The translations under genes were made by a program, and so were the position numbers. Positions 36,190 to 46,138 of a DNA stretch of 64,000 nucleotides are shown in pieces. This stretch comes from a virus. The DNA is taken from IMG/VR virus record IMGVR_UViG_3300036781_000303, positions 1 to 64,000 of that record, one strand, 5' to 3'. The stretch's first letter is position 1. Each line of letters opens with the position of its first letter. The notes beneath the pieces are model-generated. The model saw nothing but the letters and a program-made list of their open reading frames with translations, made no database searches and was not told the origin of the DNA.

Positions 36190-36252
36190 TAGCTAGGTGT
36201 GGCGTTGTGTTCAACGACGCCACTTTTATCAACTACAGGGTAGGGGTTTCGT

Positions 36253-36534
36253 ATGAACGCTGATCGTCGCAAGCAACTTAAATTCGTGCGTGCCAAGCTC
36301 GCCGAAGCGTGCATTCTGATCGAAGCTGCGCGTGACAGTCTCGAAAGCGCTAAGGACGAAGAGCTAGAGGCTTTCGAAAACATGCCTGAGTCGCTGCAGA
36401 ACGGCGATAAGGGCACAGCCATGAATGAAGGCATCGATACCATGGGTGAGCTGTGGGACACGTTGGACGACATGGCTACCGAGCTGGGCAACGCCGATGA
36501 CGCCATCACCAATGACCTGTGCATCAAGGGGTAA
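36253..36534 (+). CDS. acidic helical hypothetical protein
   Basis: MNADRRKQL..EELEAFENMPESLQ. Confidence 0.65.
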   Translation: MNADRRKQLKFVRAKLAEACILIEAARDSLESAKDEELEAFENMPESLQNGDKGTAMNEGIDTMGELWDTLDDMATELGNADDAITNDLCIKG

Positions 36535-36537
36535 ACC

Positions 36538-36780
36538 ATGTCAGTCGAGCGAACGAACATCACTGTTGCTGAGCTGCGCGCGACACTTAAAAGCCATCGT
36601 GGAAAGATTTATCTGCACACAGGCTTCGGGTGCATCGCAACGTCGAAAACAAATATTTTAGAAACGATAAATATTACACAACAGTACAATGCTAGTTTGT
36701 TCGATAAAGGTCGCTTCTCGCTGACGCGCATCGGTGATGTCCATTCGTCTTTATATATCGTTTTCAACAAAGAGGCTTGA
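36538..36780 (+). CDS. hypothetical protein
   Basis: Packed ORF. Confidence 0.5.
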   Translation: MSVERTNITVAELRATLKSHRGKIYLHTGFGCIATSKTNILETINITQQYNASLFDKGRFSLTRIGDVHSSLYIVFNKEA

Positions 36781-36782
36781 TC

Positions 36783-38261
36783 ATGGTACAGATACCTCAG
36801 CAACCAGGCGCACACGTTGAGCCCAAGCGCCAGTGGTCGGCACATCAACAGGCATTGTTCAACGATGCCGCGAATGGCACCGGCAACCGCATCGTGCGCG
36901 CCGTGGCTGGCAGCGGTAAGACGACCACAGGCGTCGAGATGTGCGCACGCGTCAAGGGTAGCCACATCTATCTGGCCTTCAACAAGGCCATCGCTACCGA
37001 GCTTTCGCAGCGTGGCGTCAACGGCCGCACGTTTCATAGCTTGTGCTACAGCCTGGTAACTCAGCACGTCGGCGTGAAAGAAGTCACTTCTGACAAGCTG
37101 CGCAAGCTCTGCATGCAGATGCTCACAGGCGAAGACTTTTTGCTGTATGCCGCTTTCGCGCAACGCATGGTCGGCCTGGCGCGTAACGCCGGCATAGGCT
37201 GCTTGGTGGTAGACACTGAACTGGCGTGGGTTGAACTGTGCCTGCATCACGATATCGAGCTGGACAGCGACATGGCCGATTTCAATCGCGGTATCGAAAT
37301 CTCGCGCATGCTGCTTGAACACTCGAATGCTTCTGACATGGTCGATTTTGACGACCTGCTGTACATGGCTGTAAAGGACGGCCTGACGCTGCCGAAGTTC
37401 GACAACGTGTTCGTCGACGAAGCACAGGACACCAACGCCATTCAACGCGCCATCGTCCGTAAGATCATGAAGCCCACCTCGCGCTTGTTTGCTGTGGGCG
37501 ACGAGGCCCAGGCGATCTACGGCTTTCGTGGGGCCGACAGCGACAGCATGCAGCTGTTGAAGACTGAGTTTGATTGCACGGACATGCCCCTTACGGTCAC
37601 ATACCGCTGCCCTACCTCTGTAGTCGAGTACGCGCGCCAGTGGGTTCAGCACATCGAAGCCGCGCCTAATGCGCCAGCTGGCCAGGTGATCGATATTGGC
37701 GGCGCCTGGTTGCCCAGCAGCTTCATGGCCAATGACCTGGTCGTGTGCCGTACGACAGCCCCTGTGATTAACCTGGCCTATAAGCTGCTCAAGGCGCGTA
37801 TCCCCGTTCGCGTCATGGGTCGCGAGATTGGTGAGGGTCTCAAGGCTCTGATCAAGAAAATAAATGCGCGCGATATCGACCATCTCGAAAGTCGTCTGCA
37901 GATGTGGCGCGACCGCGAGACCGAAAAGGCATTTGCCAAGCAGGCTGACGCCAAAGTGGAAGCCGTCAACGATCGTGCCGATGCGGTGTGCTGCCTGATC
38001 GAAAGTCTAGAAGAGAACAACCGCACCATAGCCAACTTGCTGGACGTGATCGATAAGCTGTTCGCCGACAAGGCCAACGCCGTCGTTTGCAGCACTATCC
38101 ACAAGTCCAAGGGTCTCGAAGCTGATCGCGTGTTCTGGTTGAACAGCTCGGGCTGCCCGGCCAAGTGGGCCAAGCAGCCTTGGCAAATCCAGCAAGAACA
38201 CAACCTGTGCTACGTGGCCACGACCCGTGCAAAGAAATCCCTTTTCTTGATCGAAATGTAA
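36783..38261 (+). CDS. UvrD/Rep-family SF1 helicase
   Basis: AVAGSGKT, TFHS, VDEAQD, VGDEAQAIYGFRGA, STIHKSKGLE, YVATTRAK. Confidence 0.93.
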   Translation: MVQIPQQPGAHVEPKRQWSAHQQALFNDAANGTGNRIVRAVAGSGKTTTGVEMCARVKGSHIYLAFNKAIATELSQRGVNGRTFHSLCYSLVTQHVGVKEVTSDKLRKLCMQMLTGEDFLLYAAFAQRMVGLARNAGIGCLVVDTELAWVELCLHHDIELDSDMADFNRGIEISRMLLEHSNASDMVDFDDLLYMAVKDGLTLPKFDNVFVDEAQDTNAIQRAIVRKIMKPTSRLFAVGDEAQAIYGFRGADSDSMQLLKTEFDCTDMPLTVTYRCPTSVVEYARQWVQHIEAAPNAPAGQVIDIGGAWLPSSFMANDLVVCRTTAPVINLAYKLLKARIPVRVMGREIGEGLKALIKKINARDIDHLESRLQMWRDRETEKAFAKQADAKVEAVNDRADAVCCLIESLEENNRTIANLLDVIDKLFADKANAVVCSTIHKSKGLEADRVFWLNSSGCPAKWAKQPWQIQQEHNLCYVATTRAKKSLFLIEM

Positions 38262-38302
38262 GTAGACCGCGCTATATTGCGCAAATACACAGAGGACTTG
38301 CC

Positions 38303-38482
38303 ATGAGCGATCTAGCCTACGAACTGACTATGCAGCAGTACCGTGCTGCCATCATGCGCGCGATCGCTCATTGCGACCTGGCCATTGCCGTCAAGGCGAC
38401 CTGGCCGTTGAAAAACGCCAAGCGCGAAATCGAAGACGCCAAGATGTATTTGGCGCTGGCCAGGGCTGAGGCAGAACGCTAA
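38303..38482 (+). CDS. hypothetical protein
   Basis: GAGGA SD. Confidence 0.5.
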   Translation: MSDLAYELTMQQYRAAIMRAIAHCDLAIAVKATWPLKNAKREIEDAKMYLALARAEAER

Positions 38483-38742
38483 TGACCTGGTCATGCTCTG
38501 ACGAATATATGCAAGGACATATGCCACGCGAAGGTGATATACGCGTGTGGCATGCCGGCGAGCAAAGGTGGTCATTGTCAATGCGGGGCGATTCGGAACG
38601 TGACTTCGTATATTCGCAATGGCCACGCATGTCAGCTGAGATTTACAAACACGGTGAATGGCTGCCTTTCACCGAAGAGTGGGCTTACCGCGAAAAGCAT
38701 TTCGTGCCAGACAACGTCGAAGTCAAAATCATAGACCGCTAG
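38482..38742 (+). CDS. hypothetical protein
   Basis: TAATG overlap. Confidence 0.5.
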   Translation: MTWSCSDEYMQGHMPREGDIRVWHAGEQRWSLSMRGDSERDFVYSQWPRMSAEIYKHGEWLPFTEEWAYREKHFVPDNVEVKIIDR

Positions 38743-38752
38743 AGGTGACACC

Positions 38753-39247
38753 ATGAGTACGCGTGACAGCCTGATTACCACTATCCCAGGTACGTACGAC
38801 AAGAACGGTCGTTTTAAATTCGACGAACCGTTGTCGTTGCACCCTGACGAGCGCCTTACATTGAATGGGATGCTGCACGCCGATGGCACATTCACGTTCG
38901 GCAAGCCTCAGCTCGAAACACCGCTGTCGTTGCTTGACGAAGATCGACCCGAAGCCCGGCGCCGCCAGGCCGCACAGCGCAGTGAGTGTGCGGCTAACTG
39001 GCAGCTCAAGGCGGGCAGCGTAGTGAAGCGCTCGCCTTACGAGACGAGCCTATACGGCGGTACCCAGCAAGAGCACGGGACATCGAGCTTTCAGTCGGTC
39101 TATGAAGCGGCAGCGCGCAGCAAGCTCGATCGCCTGCAGATGCAGAAGCGACGCCAAACACGCGCACGTGTGATCAGTACGCTACTGGGTGCGTTTCTCG
39201 TCGGCTGCATCATCGGTGTCGCTGGTATCGGCCTGGGAATATGGTGA
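38753..39247 (+). CDS. hypothetical protein with C-terminal membrane helix
   Basis: GAGGTG SD; hydrophobic C-terminus. Confidence 0.6.
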   Translation: MSTRDSLITTIPGTYDKNGRFKFDEPLSLHPDERLTLNGMLHADGTFTFGKPQLETPLSLLDEDRPEARRRQAAQRSECAANWQLKAGSVVKRSPYETSLYGGTQQEHGTSSFQSVYEAAARSKLDRLQMQKRRQTRARVISTLLGAFLVGCIIGVAGIGLGIW

Positions 39248-39663
39248 TGTCGACAGAACTTACAGCTACGACAGGCGTTCAGCCGACAACGCTAACGCAC
39301 CGCAAAGGTGAATACCTATTGCTGACGGCTGGCAGTTATTCGAATTATGGGCCGCTTGCAATAGTGCGCGTCGAAAAAGACATCGACATGGGTTTGTTGG
39401 CAAAAGTCTATGCTTTATGTCTGCCGCCAAAAACTCGCAAAGAATGGTTTCAAAACAATGGTCGACCGTGTGTTGATTCGTTCAGGGAAGTTCCTGACGA
39501 TAGCGTTGACAAGAATGCATTTCTCGCTTTCCTTATCGCACGTGGCTATGTAAGCGAAGTCCCTTACGAAGAAATCAATTTCGAAGATTACAACGCACAT
39601 AAAATTGATTTCATAAGAGACGTTGAAAACCAAGTCAGTGGTCGACGTTGCAAGATCATCTGA
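39247..39663 (+). CDS. hypothetical protein
   Basis: TGATG overlap. Confidence 0.55.
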   Translation: MSTELTATTGVQPTTLTHRKGEYLLLTAGSYSNYGPLAIVRVEKDIDMGLLAKVYALCLPPKTRKEWFQNNGRPCVDSFREVPDDSVDKNAFLAFLIARGYVSEVPYEEINFEDYNAHKIDFIRDVENQVSGRRCKII

Positions 39664-39899
39664 GGTAATCGCCGTGGCCAAACTGAAACCTTTTTCGTCT
39701 GCTTTCATAGCCGAGCAACTGAGCATGCGTTCTGCGCTGGGTATGTTGTATTCGCCAGCGCGTGAGCTACAGCTATTATTTCTGTTCGGTGATAATCCTT
39801 GCACGCGCGGTAACAACCTCAAGCTTAAAACGCGCGGCCTTATCGAACATGACCGTCATTTGATAGGCGCCGTTGAGATGTTCACAAGGGGTATGAGCC

Positions 39900-40118
39900 A
39901 TGACAACGATGCAACGTAAGGTGTACGGCTGCTTTGTGCTGATGCTGCTGTTGGCCATTTATGGCCTAGTTGGCGAGATGGGCTACAAAGACGCCCAGGT
40001 CGAGCACAACCAGTACTGCAGCATGGTCGATGCCTATAAGCACGACCCTGATACAGGCTGGCCTGACTACAAGCATATCTACAAAGCCGAGTGCGGCCAG
40101 CAGGTAGCGCAGCCGTGA
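39900..40118 (+). CDS. small membrane/secreted protein
   Basis: N-terminal hydrophobic helix; YC..GWPDY..EC. Confidence 0.6.
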   Translation: MTTMQRKVYGCFVLMLLLAIYGLVGEMGYKDAQVEHNQYCSMVDAYKHDPDTGWPDYKHIYKAECGQQVAQP

Positions 40119-40321
40119 TCAAACACAAACTTTCACAGTTTCGACGCCAAGTCATGGACGGCTATAAAATACGTCCTGGCGGTAATGAGTGGCAGGTCAC
40201 GCTATGGTGTGGTCACACTGGCATCGCGAACGGTAGCTATGGCAAACGTCCTAAAACGTCGGCCTGTTTCAAATGCTATAGCGAAGCCAAAGACAAGGCG
40301 GCTAACCATGAGCCTCACTGA
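40115..40321 (+). CDS. small CGH..CxxC zinc protein (paralog 1)
   Basis: Similar to 41177-41389. Confidence 0.6.
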   Translation: MIKHKLSQFRRQVMDGYKIRPGGNEWQVTLWCGHTGIANGSYGKRPKTSACFKCYSEAKDKAANHEPH

Positions 40322-40511
40322 CAAGTCCTATGTGCTGGCGCGTTACCCGCATGCCTACGCCTATCAGTGGGCTGGCACGAACGCCTGGTGCATCTATGCC
40401 ACGCAGCCTGGTGACGCTGACCACAAGGGTGCGGTACTGGCATCGAATGCTGAAACCATGGCCGCTGCGTGGACCAAGGCAGCCATCTCACTACAACTCA
40501 AGGGCAAGTGA
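40308..40511 (+). CDS. hypothetical protein
   Basis: Overlapping packed ORF. Confidence 0.5.
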   Translation: MSLTDKSYVLARYPHAYAYQWAGTNAWCIYATQPGDADHKGAVLASNAETMAAAWTKAAISLQLKGK

Positions 40512-40513
40512 CT

Positions 40514-40921
40514 ATGCTTTCGACCTATCGTTTCATCAAGTCGGCACTGAGCACCGGCTACGCCTACATCGATCTTGATGGCTGCCTGCTAAGGCGCATG
40601 CGTGTGCCAGCGCATGTGGACCCGAAAGATGCTTTGAGTTGGTGGACAGACAATCTGTGCGTGACACCCATCGTCAAGCGTCGGCTTGCCCTGGTCTATC
40701 TACTGCATATGTGTGGTGTCGAATTGTTCATCTGGACAAACCGCGCGCATACCCATATCGATGTGACGCACAAGGCGCTGGGTAAGCACATGACGCTGTT
40801 CAAGTTCAGTTACTTTCTAGGGGGTCGAAAGCAGCTGATCAATCGCTTAGGCCCTTGCATGGACGATCAGGCAAAGTACATCGGAAAAACGTATCACGAT
40901 CTTTTGGTAAAGCAGCTATGA
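40514..40921 (+). CDS. HAD-superfamily phosphatase-like protein
   Basis: YIDLDGCL motif I, WTNR motif II, MDD motif IV. Confidence 0.7.
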   Translation: MLSTYRFIKSALSTGYAYIDLDGCLLRRMRVPAHVDPKDALSWWTDNLCVTPIVKRRLALVYLLHMCGVELFIWTNRAHTHIDVTHKALGKHMTLFKFSYFLGGRKQLINRLGPCMDDQAKYIGKTYHDLLVKQL

Positions 40922-41166
40922 GCGATGGCTTGCTGAGTAACTCGGTACTAAGAGTCCTGAACCAAAAACGCGTGGCATGGCGTGCCAAAGACATTGCTGC
41001 AGCGATCTACCCAGGCGTTGAATTCAATCTGCGATCGATAGTGATGGCACTTCGCTATCTCGAAGCGCATGGCAAAGTTCAACGCACGATCGTGATTCGC
41101 GGTAAGTCGTCTTATTGGTACGCTACGGCAAAAGGCGATCAGCACAACGTTCCGTTTCATCACTAG
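40918..41166 (+). CDS. winged-helix protein
   Basis: AKDIAAAI..SIVMALRYLEAHGKVQR. Confidence 0.6.
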   Translation: MSDGLLSNSVLRVLNQKRVAWRAKDIAAAIYPGVEFNLRSIVMALRYLEAHGKVQRTIVIRGKSSYWYATAKGDQHNVPFHH

Positions 41167-41176
41167 GGGTGCACGT

Positions 41177-41389
41177 ATGAAATACGACTCAAGCAAATTT
41201 AGACGCAAGGTCGTCAGTGGCTACCGCTCAGGTGCGTGGTCCAGCAACTACTACCGATGCACCTTAAGCTGTGGCCATACGCAACAGCTTACACAAGGGT
41301 ACAAAGGTCACATGCCTAAGACGTCGTCTTGCTATGCATGCTACGAAGAGGCCAGCGCAAGAGAGGCTGCAGCCAATGAGCACAACTAA
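41177..41389 (+). CDS. small CGH..CxxC zinc protein (paralog 2)
   Basis: Similar to 40115-40321. Confidence 0.6.
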   Translation: MKYDSSKFRRKVVSGYRSGAWSSNYYRCTLSCGHTQQLTQGYKGHMPKTSSCYACYEEASAREAAANEHN

Positions 41390-41699
41390 ATATCTCTTGC
41401 TTGGCGGCCCCTATCATGGTGAAGCGCTTGTGCTCGACACTGGTAGGCACGTTAGTGAGCTACGCAACATTGTCATGCCTGAGCGTGGGCTAGGTTTGAG
41501 TAACGACGCTGTTGATGATATCAACGCAATTCCATCGCCACGTGATACGTTTCATAAATTCACCTACGAGCCGAAAACCTACGTCTATCGGTGCAATAAC
41601 TTCATTGTGTACACATGGGGCATATGGCGCTGGTCTGACGCCGACGTGATGCAACTGTTGTACAAGAACAAAATCATATCGGGGTGCGTACTGTCATGA
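41376..41699 (+). CDS. GGPxHG-motif hypothetical protein
   Basis: KYLLLGGPYHG. Confidence 0.55.
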   Translation: MSTTKYLLLGGPYHGEALVLDTGRHVSELRNIVMPERGLGLSNDAVDDINAIPSPRDTFHKFTYEPKTYVYRCNNFIVYTWGIWRWSDADVMQLLYKNKIISGCVLS

Positions 41700-42028
41700 C
41701 TTTCAAGAGCTACCTGTTCTTAGGTGGACCGCTGCATGGCACAACTAAAAAGCTGCCGACGCGCAAAGACTGCGTAACCGGCCAGCTCTACCCAGCAAGC
41801 AATGAGCCGGTCGTTACAGAGCATAGTTCCACCGAATACGTGGCTGAGACTTTCGAGCACGTGCTTTACGATGTGTTTAGCCCAAAAGATTCTAAGCGTG
41901 TCAGATTCACTATTTACGTTCACGGTGATAAGGCGCAGTACGAAGACTTCGATGTATTGATGTTGCTGGTCAAGAACGGTCTGTTGACCGAGCGATTCAC
42001 GTTACCTGACGAGGAGAAAGAAGCATGA
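41696..42028 (+). CDS. GGPxHG-motif hypothetical protein
   Basis: SYLFLGGPLHG. Confidence 0.55.
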   Translation: MTFKSYLFLGGPLHGTTKKLPTRKDCVTGQLYPASNEPVVTEHSSTEYVAETFEHVLYDVFSPKDSKRVRFTIYVHGDKAQYEDFDVLMLLVKNGLLTERFTLPDEEKEA

Positions 42029-42660
42029 ACACTGCAACACAGTCGGTTAGTATTTATGTCGATAACGACTGGCCTGGTGCGTCGATCGCGATTCGCGAAG
42101 ATGGCGCCGTAGCTTTTCTGATTGGTCGCTACGAAGACAACCCCAATGGACTTGCACTAGCGTTGGCTACGGCACAGTTCACTCAACAGAAATTCAATGA
42201 AAGTCGTATCGGCGCTTATTACTACAGGGCCGATATCTCGAAGGTGCCGGCTACGGTCGACGTCATGACCGATGGTATCGATGCCGTTATAGCTGCCTTC
42301 CAAGAGGCACAGAAGCGTATGCCCAGCTATCTACAGGCTGTGGCTAAGGCGTCGTTGATCTTGTCCCGCGCCGATGAAACGCGACAGCAAATGCAGCTGG
42401 CCATCGATTCACCAGGTCTGCCGCCAGGTTTGAAACTGCTTATGCAGGTCATGCAGCTGCACCACAACGTCAACGTGGACGCGATGACCTCGTTGCTGAG
42501 CACCGGCAAGGACGTCGCTACCCAGCTTGAAGCCATCGTGCTGGGCGACCCTGCAGCGGCCAGGACCGGCGTCATGAGGCTACTCGAAACGATGGGTGTG
42601 CCGATCAATCTGGCGGCTGGGCAGCCAGGACAAGCGCCAGGGTCTGAACGAGTTAACTGA
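42025..42660 (+). CDS. hypothetical protein
   Basis: GAGGAG SD; last gene of the + strand block. Confidence 0.65.
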   Translation: MNTATQSVSIYVDNDWPGASIAIREDGAVAFLIGRYEDNPNGLALALATAQFTQQKFNESRIGAYYYRADISKVPATVDVMTDGIDAVIAAFQEAQKRMPSYLQAVAKASLILSRADETRQQMQLAIDSPGLPPGLKLLMQVMQLHHNVNVDAMTSLLSTGKDVATQLEAIVLGDPAAARTGVMRLLETMGVPINLAAGQPGQAPGSERVN

Positions 42661-42683
42661 ACTAGAATCGATTTAGCGTATAA

Positions 42684-42714
42684 GAAAGGGCCGCGATTGC
42701 GGCCCTTTCATTTT
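42684..42714. terminator. bidirectional rho-independent terminator
   Basis: GAAAGGGCCGC-GATT-GCGGCCCTTTC between convergent gene blocks. Confidence 0.85.
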
Positions 42715-42762
42715 GCCCCTTATTTGGCTCATGTAGGCCAGCCCCAGCTAAGCGCTACTACC

Positions 42763-43104
42763 CTACCGGCCAGGGGGCGAAGCGGTGGCTGGCGCAGCAG
42801 GCGTTGGCGGTGCTGGCAACGATCGAATGCCATCGAGCGCCGCCTTGCAGGTCGCCAGCCAGTGGCTGTCGTGCGCCAGGGCCGTATACATGTCGCCGTT
42901 GGCCCAGACGTTCAGAAAGCCGATGGCGCTTTCAATGGCCGGCAGCAGACTGGGCGGGATGGGCTGGTATTCGACTTTTGTCACTATCACCGGGTCGGCT
43001 GCATGCACTTGGATAGGCTTTTGCGTCGATGCCGGGGTGCAGGCTTGCAAGCAAACTAGTAGGCAGGCAATGGCCAGCCCACTTATCAACCTTCGCGTCT
43101 TCAT
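42763..43104 (-). CDS. o-spanin (Rz1-like lipoprotein)
   Basis: Signal peptide with LQAC lipobox; Pro-rich; overlaps i-spanin 3' end in another frame. Confidence 0.8.
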   Translation of the reverse strand: MKTRRLISGLAIACLLVCLQACTPASTQKPIQVHAADPVIVTKVEYQPIPPSLLPAIESAIGFLNVWANGDMYTALAHDSHWLATCKAALDGIRSLPAPPTPAAPATASPPGR

Positions 43105-43432
43105 GCTGTAGCCTCGTTAGATCGTTGTTGAGTGCATTGTTCTTTGCGGTAGCCTCGTCAGCCGTTTGCTGGGCCTTCGCGGCAGCCTGTTGCGCTGCAG
43201 CCATCATTCCCTTTAAATCATTGAGCTGTTGTAGATCGGCGTCGTGCTGGGCTTGACGTCCTTTCTGTTCAGCCTCGGTCTGTGCCTGCTGCACCTTCGC
43301 TTCATCATTGGCATGTGCTGTCACACAGGCCAGGTCACTGGCGCTCGATGCGCGCATACCGCCAATCCAGTAAGCCAGACCGATGGCCACAAGGGCGCAA
43401 GCGCAAATAATCAGAATCACTTTAAGAGACAT
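42932..43432 (-). CDS. i-spanin (Rz-like)
   Basis: N-terminal membrane helix plus coiled coil; in lysis cassette. Confidence 0.8.
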   Translation of the reverse strand: MSLKVILIICACALVAIGLAYWIGGMRASSASDLACVTAHANDEAKVQQAQTEAEQKGRQAQHDADLQQLNDLKGMMAAAQQAAAKAQQTADEATAKNNALNNDLTRLQHEDAKVDKWAGHCLPTSLLASLHPGIDAKAYPSACSRPGDSDKSRIPAHPAQSAAGH

Positions 43433-43444
43433 AGAAGCCTCGCG

Positions 43445-43852
43445 TTATTGAGATACCGGCGTAACACCCAACGCTTTGAGCTGCGCACAAAGACGTTCGG
43501 CGTAGAGGCCCAAGATATACAGGTCAGAACGTGCCTTGGCTGCATCTTGCTGTGCAAGCACTTTGTCCTGTATTGCCTTATCTACTGTTGCAGACATGTC
43601 CTTAAGCTTTTGCTCGACGTCTTTAAACTGCATCGTTAAATCGGCTATCTGAGTACGCAACGTGGTGACCACATCAGTCACCCCACCCAAGCCTGCTTGT
43701 GCTAAGTCATTTGATTGTTGTGCTATGCCGAAGCGCGCCGACAAAAAGTTCCATACCTTTGGTGCAATCCAATAAAGCGCTACAGCTAGGAAGGATGGGA
43801 CGCCATATTTCGTGGCATAGCTGACCCAGTCAGCTTGGGTGGATGGCTCCAT
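43445..43852 (-). CDS. membrane-anchored coiled-coil lysis-cassette protein
   Basis: N-terminal hydrophobic segment; lies between holin and spanins. Confidence 0.6.
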   Translation of the reverse strand: MEPSTQADWVSYATKYGVPSFLAVALYWIAPKVWNFLSARFGIAQQSNDLAQAGLGGVTDVVTTLRTQIADLTMQFKDVEQKLKDMSATVDKAIQDKVLAQQDAAKARSDLYILGLYAERLCAQLKALGVTPVSQ

Positions 43853-44286
43853 TACGCTGTCCCCTTATCGATGGCTGTAAGGTCCGTTCGTGTGAGTACG
43901 AACAGGGCAGTCAGGGTTAGCATAATTTCTCCAACGTTTTCTGACCATACTTCGTGGTAAATGAAAACGCTGGCCACCGTCACAGTTAGCCACAATCCTG
44001 CCGTCGTCAGGTTAATCACAGTAGCCCAGGCGACGCGGGCCGTGCGATCGAAGATGCGCCACCATAGACAGCCGGCATTGAGCCCGAAGACAGCCGCCGC
44101 TATCCACTTGTAATAGGGTGGCAGCACCAGGCTATGTGGCAAATGCGCTGCATCGCAGCCTGGTGCGAAGGTCGATAGATCAGGACCCAGTGCAGTGAAG
44201 ATCGCATAGAGCGATGCGGCAAGGGCTAGAAAGGCACGTTGAAACATCGTACGCGCGTAGAACAGGGCTTGTGTTAGGTCACTCAT
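43852..44286 (-). CDS. putative holin (multi-pass membrane protein)
   Basis: Three to four hydrophobic helices; directly after endolysin. Confidence 0.6.
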   Translation of the reverse strand: MSDLTQALFYARTMFQRAFLALAASLYAIFTALGPDLSTFAPGCDAAHLPHSLVLPPYYKWIAAAVFGLNAGCLWWRIFDRTARVAWATVINLTTAGLWLTVTVASVFIYHEVWSENVGEIMLTLTALFVLTRTDLTAIDKGTA

Positions 44287-44819
44287 GGCCAACCTCCGGC
44301 TAAGACATACGGCGGCTGCAAGCCGCGTTGCTTCTTCGCCAGCACGCGTGCAGCGGCTTCGGCCTTGGTGATCTGGCCATCGGTGTTGGCGTCCAATGCC
44401 GCATTTTGCCGGTAGGCCACTGTCCCGCTGGTAAATAGCGCGCTGAATTCGCTCTTACCGATCGCGCTGGGCAGCAGGATAGCCATATACATATCCGATA
44501 GTGTTTTGATGCGTGGTGCATACGGTGTGAAGTACTGTTGCACGATATCCAACTGGTCCTCGGCAGACATGCGCATGAGCTGCTGCACGGTCGTACCCAA
44601 ATCGATCGCCGTCGACGGCATGAATTGAATGAGCCCTGTTGCACCACTGCCCGCACCATTGCGCACGTCGGGTTTAAATGTCTCGTCTGACTCGAAAGCC
44701 ATGCACGACATAAAGTCATTGGGCGCATCGTCGTACCAATGAAAGCCGCGACAGATAGCCACAGCTTTGTTGGCGAATGCGATGCTGACTTTATTTCCCC
44801 AGGCAAGTTGCGTGATCAT
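44283..44819 (-). CDS. endolysin, lytic transglycosylase (SLT-like)
   Basis: MAFES catalytic Glu, GATGLIQFMPSTA, EF-hand-like DANTDGQIT. Confidence 0.85.
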   Translation of the reverse strand: MITQLAWGNKVSIAFANKAVAICRGFHWYDDAPNDFMSCMAFESDETFKPDVRNGAGSGATGLIQFMPSTAIDLGTTVQQLMRMSAEDQLDIVQQYFTPYAPRIKTLSDMYMAILLPSAIGKSEFSALFTSGTVAYRQNAALDANTDGQITKAEAAARVLAKKQRGLQPPYVLAGGWP

Positions 44820-46129
44820 GGCGTGCTCTCCTCGTAGCTAAGACAAGTAACAATGATGTTTGACGACGCTGTTGCATTTTCAGGATCGGCATAAAAACCG
44901 ACAGTGTCAGGCGTGACGAAATCGGTACGACCTACCGTATGAAGCTGCAACCACGTGTAGCCATCTGCAGAAATATAAGAAATACGATTTGCGCCGTCGT
45001 CTTTAAATCGAAACCACAGTTCGTCCGGTCGCTCCCAATTTACTGGTGCAAGGTAGTCAGAATTATACGTAGTAACGTTCGAGTACTTACCAACGCCTAT
45101 TGTTTGTTCCAAAGCGTTAATTGAACCAGTAGCTGATCGACCTACAAAGGCAATAACGTGCATAAGGCCATTAGTTGCATTACGCAGGTAAATGCCACAG
45201 TTTGCAAAACTTGTATTCGGTCCTACCATGCGTAGTCGTATTGTCACCGTATAGTTGCTAGAAGCAGGAAGCGCTTTTTCATAACCGCGCACGTTGGCGG
45301 TAGCAAATGGTTGTGGTGTTATGGACCTGAAAGGTCCAAAGCTAGTCAATACAGACGTTCCTTGATTCATCCATGTTGTAAGTTGCGAAGGTAAGCCGAT
45401 CTTTTGACCTTTATGAAAATAGACCCATGCACCAGATAAGCCGAGCATCGTTAGCGGGCAATCAGTGCATTGATACATGTCGCCGTCGCTTGCTGGTGTA
45501 CTTGGCGCAGAAGCGTAAGCACCAACAACTATATGGCTACTGCTGCCAGATGGTCTGCCGCCTAATTCATTCAAAGCGTCTTCGACATTAATTGACGTCA
45601 AGCCACTATGCGAATCAGCAACAAACGGAATAGAAGCTGCAGCAAGCTGGATGTCACCGCTTGAATCTGGTGTTGCGCCATTTACGCTTACAACACTGTG
45701 GGTAATATCTGGCATTTCTACCCAGGTTAATGACTTTCGACCATAGAGTCTGCCATCGTTCGGCGCTTCGCCGATGCCGGCAGCGAGCACCCAATCGCTA
45801 CTGGTGATATCCCATTTGTAAAGGTTGCTATCCGCTTTATTGAAGACAAGGAAAGCTTGCACACCGCCCGCAAAGTATTGCCAGAACGAACCGTCAGAAA
45901 CCCACTGCGCAACAGCACCCACATGCGTTAACCACACGCCGGTTGCACCTGTGGGCACCACATACATATCGCCATTGCTCGGTGAACCTGGCGGTGCCGT
46001 GGTGGTCATATTGATGACGCGCGTGTTGAGCAACGCATCTATGACGTTGAGTGCCAGGTTAAGACCGGCCGCTGGGTCAAGCGTGTTTTGTGGTACGTAG
46101 GGGATATTGTTGATCGGTGTGTTCGACAT
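44816..46129 (-). CDS. tail fibre / receptor-binding protein (DUF2793-like N-terminus, lectin-like C-terminus)
   Basis: TAPPGSPSNGDMYVVPTGATGVW; EAPNDGRLYGRK; beta-rich C-terminus. Confidence 0.75.
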   Translation of the reverse strand: MSNTPINNIPYVPQNTLDPAAGLNLALNVIDALLNTRVINMTTTAPPGSPSNGDMYVVPTGATGVWLTHVGAVAQWVSDGSFWQYFAGGVQAFLVFNKADSNLYKWDITSSDWVLAAGIGEAPNDGRLYGRKSLTWVEMPDITHSVVSVNGATPDSSGDIQLAAASIPFVADSHSGLTSINVEDALNELGGRPSGSSSHIVVGAYASAPSTPASDGDMYQCTDCPLTMLGLSGAWVYFHKGQKIGLPSQLTTWMNQGTSVLTSFGPFRSITPQPFATANVRGYEKALPASSNYTVTIRLRMVGPNTSFANCGIYLRNATNGLMHVIAFVGRSATGSINALEQTIGVGKYSNVTTYNSDYLAPVNWERPDELWFRFKDDGANRISYISADGYTWLQLHTVGRTDFVTPDTVGFYADPENATASSNIIVTCLSYEESTP

Positions 46130-46138
46130 GGCGATGGC

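Noticed and set aside
36609-37883. 424-aa minus-strand ORF
   Set aside because: Antisense shadow of the UvrD helicase
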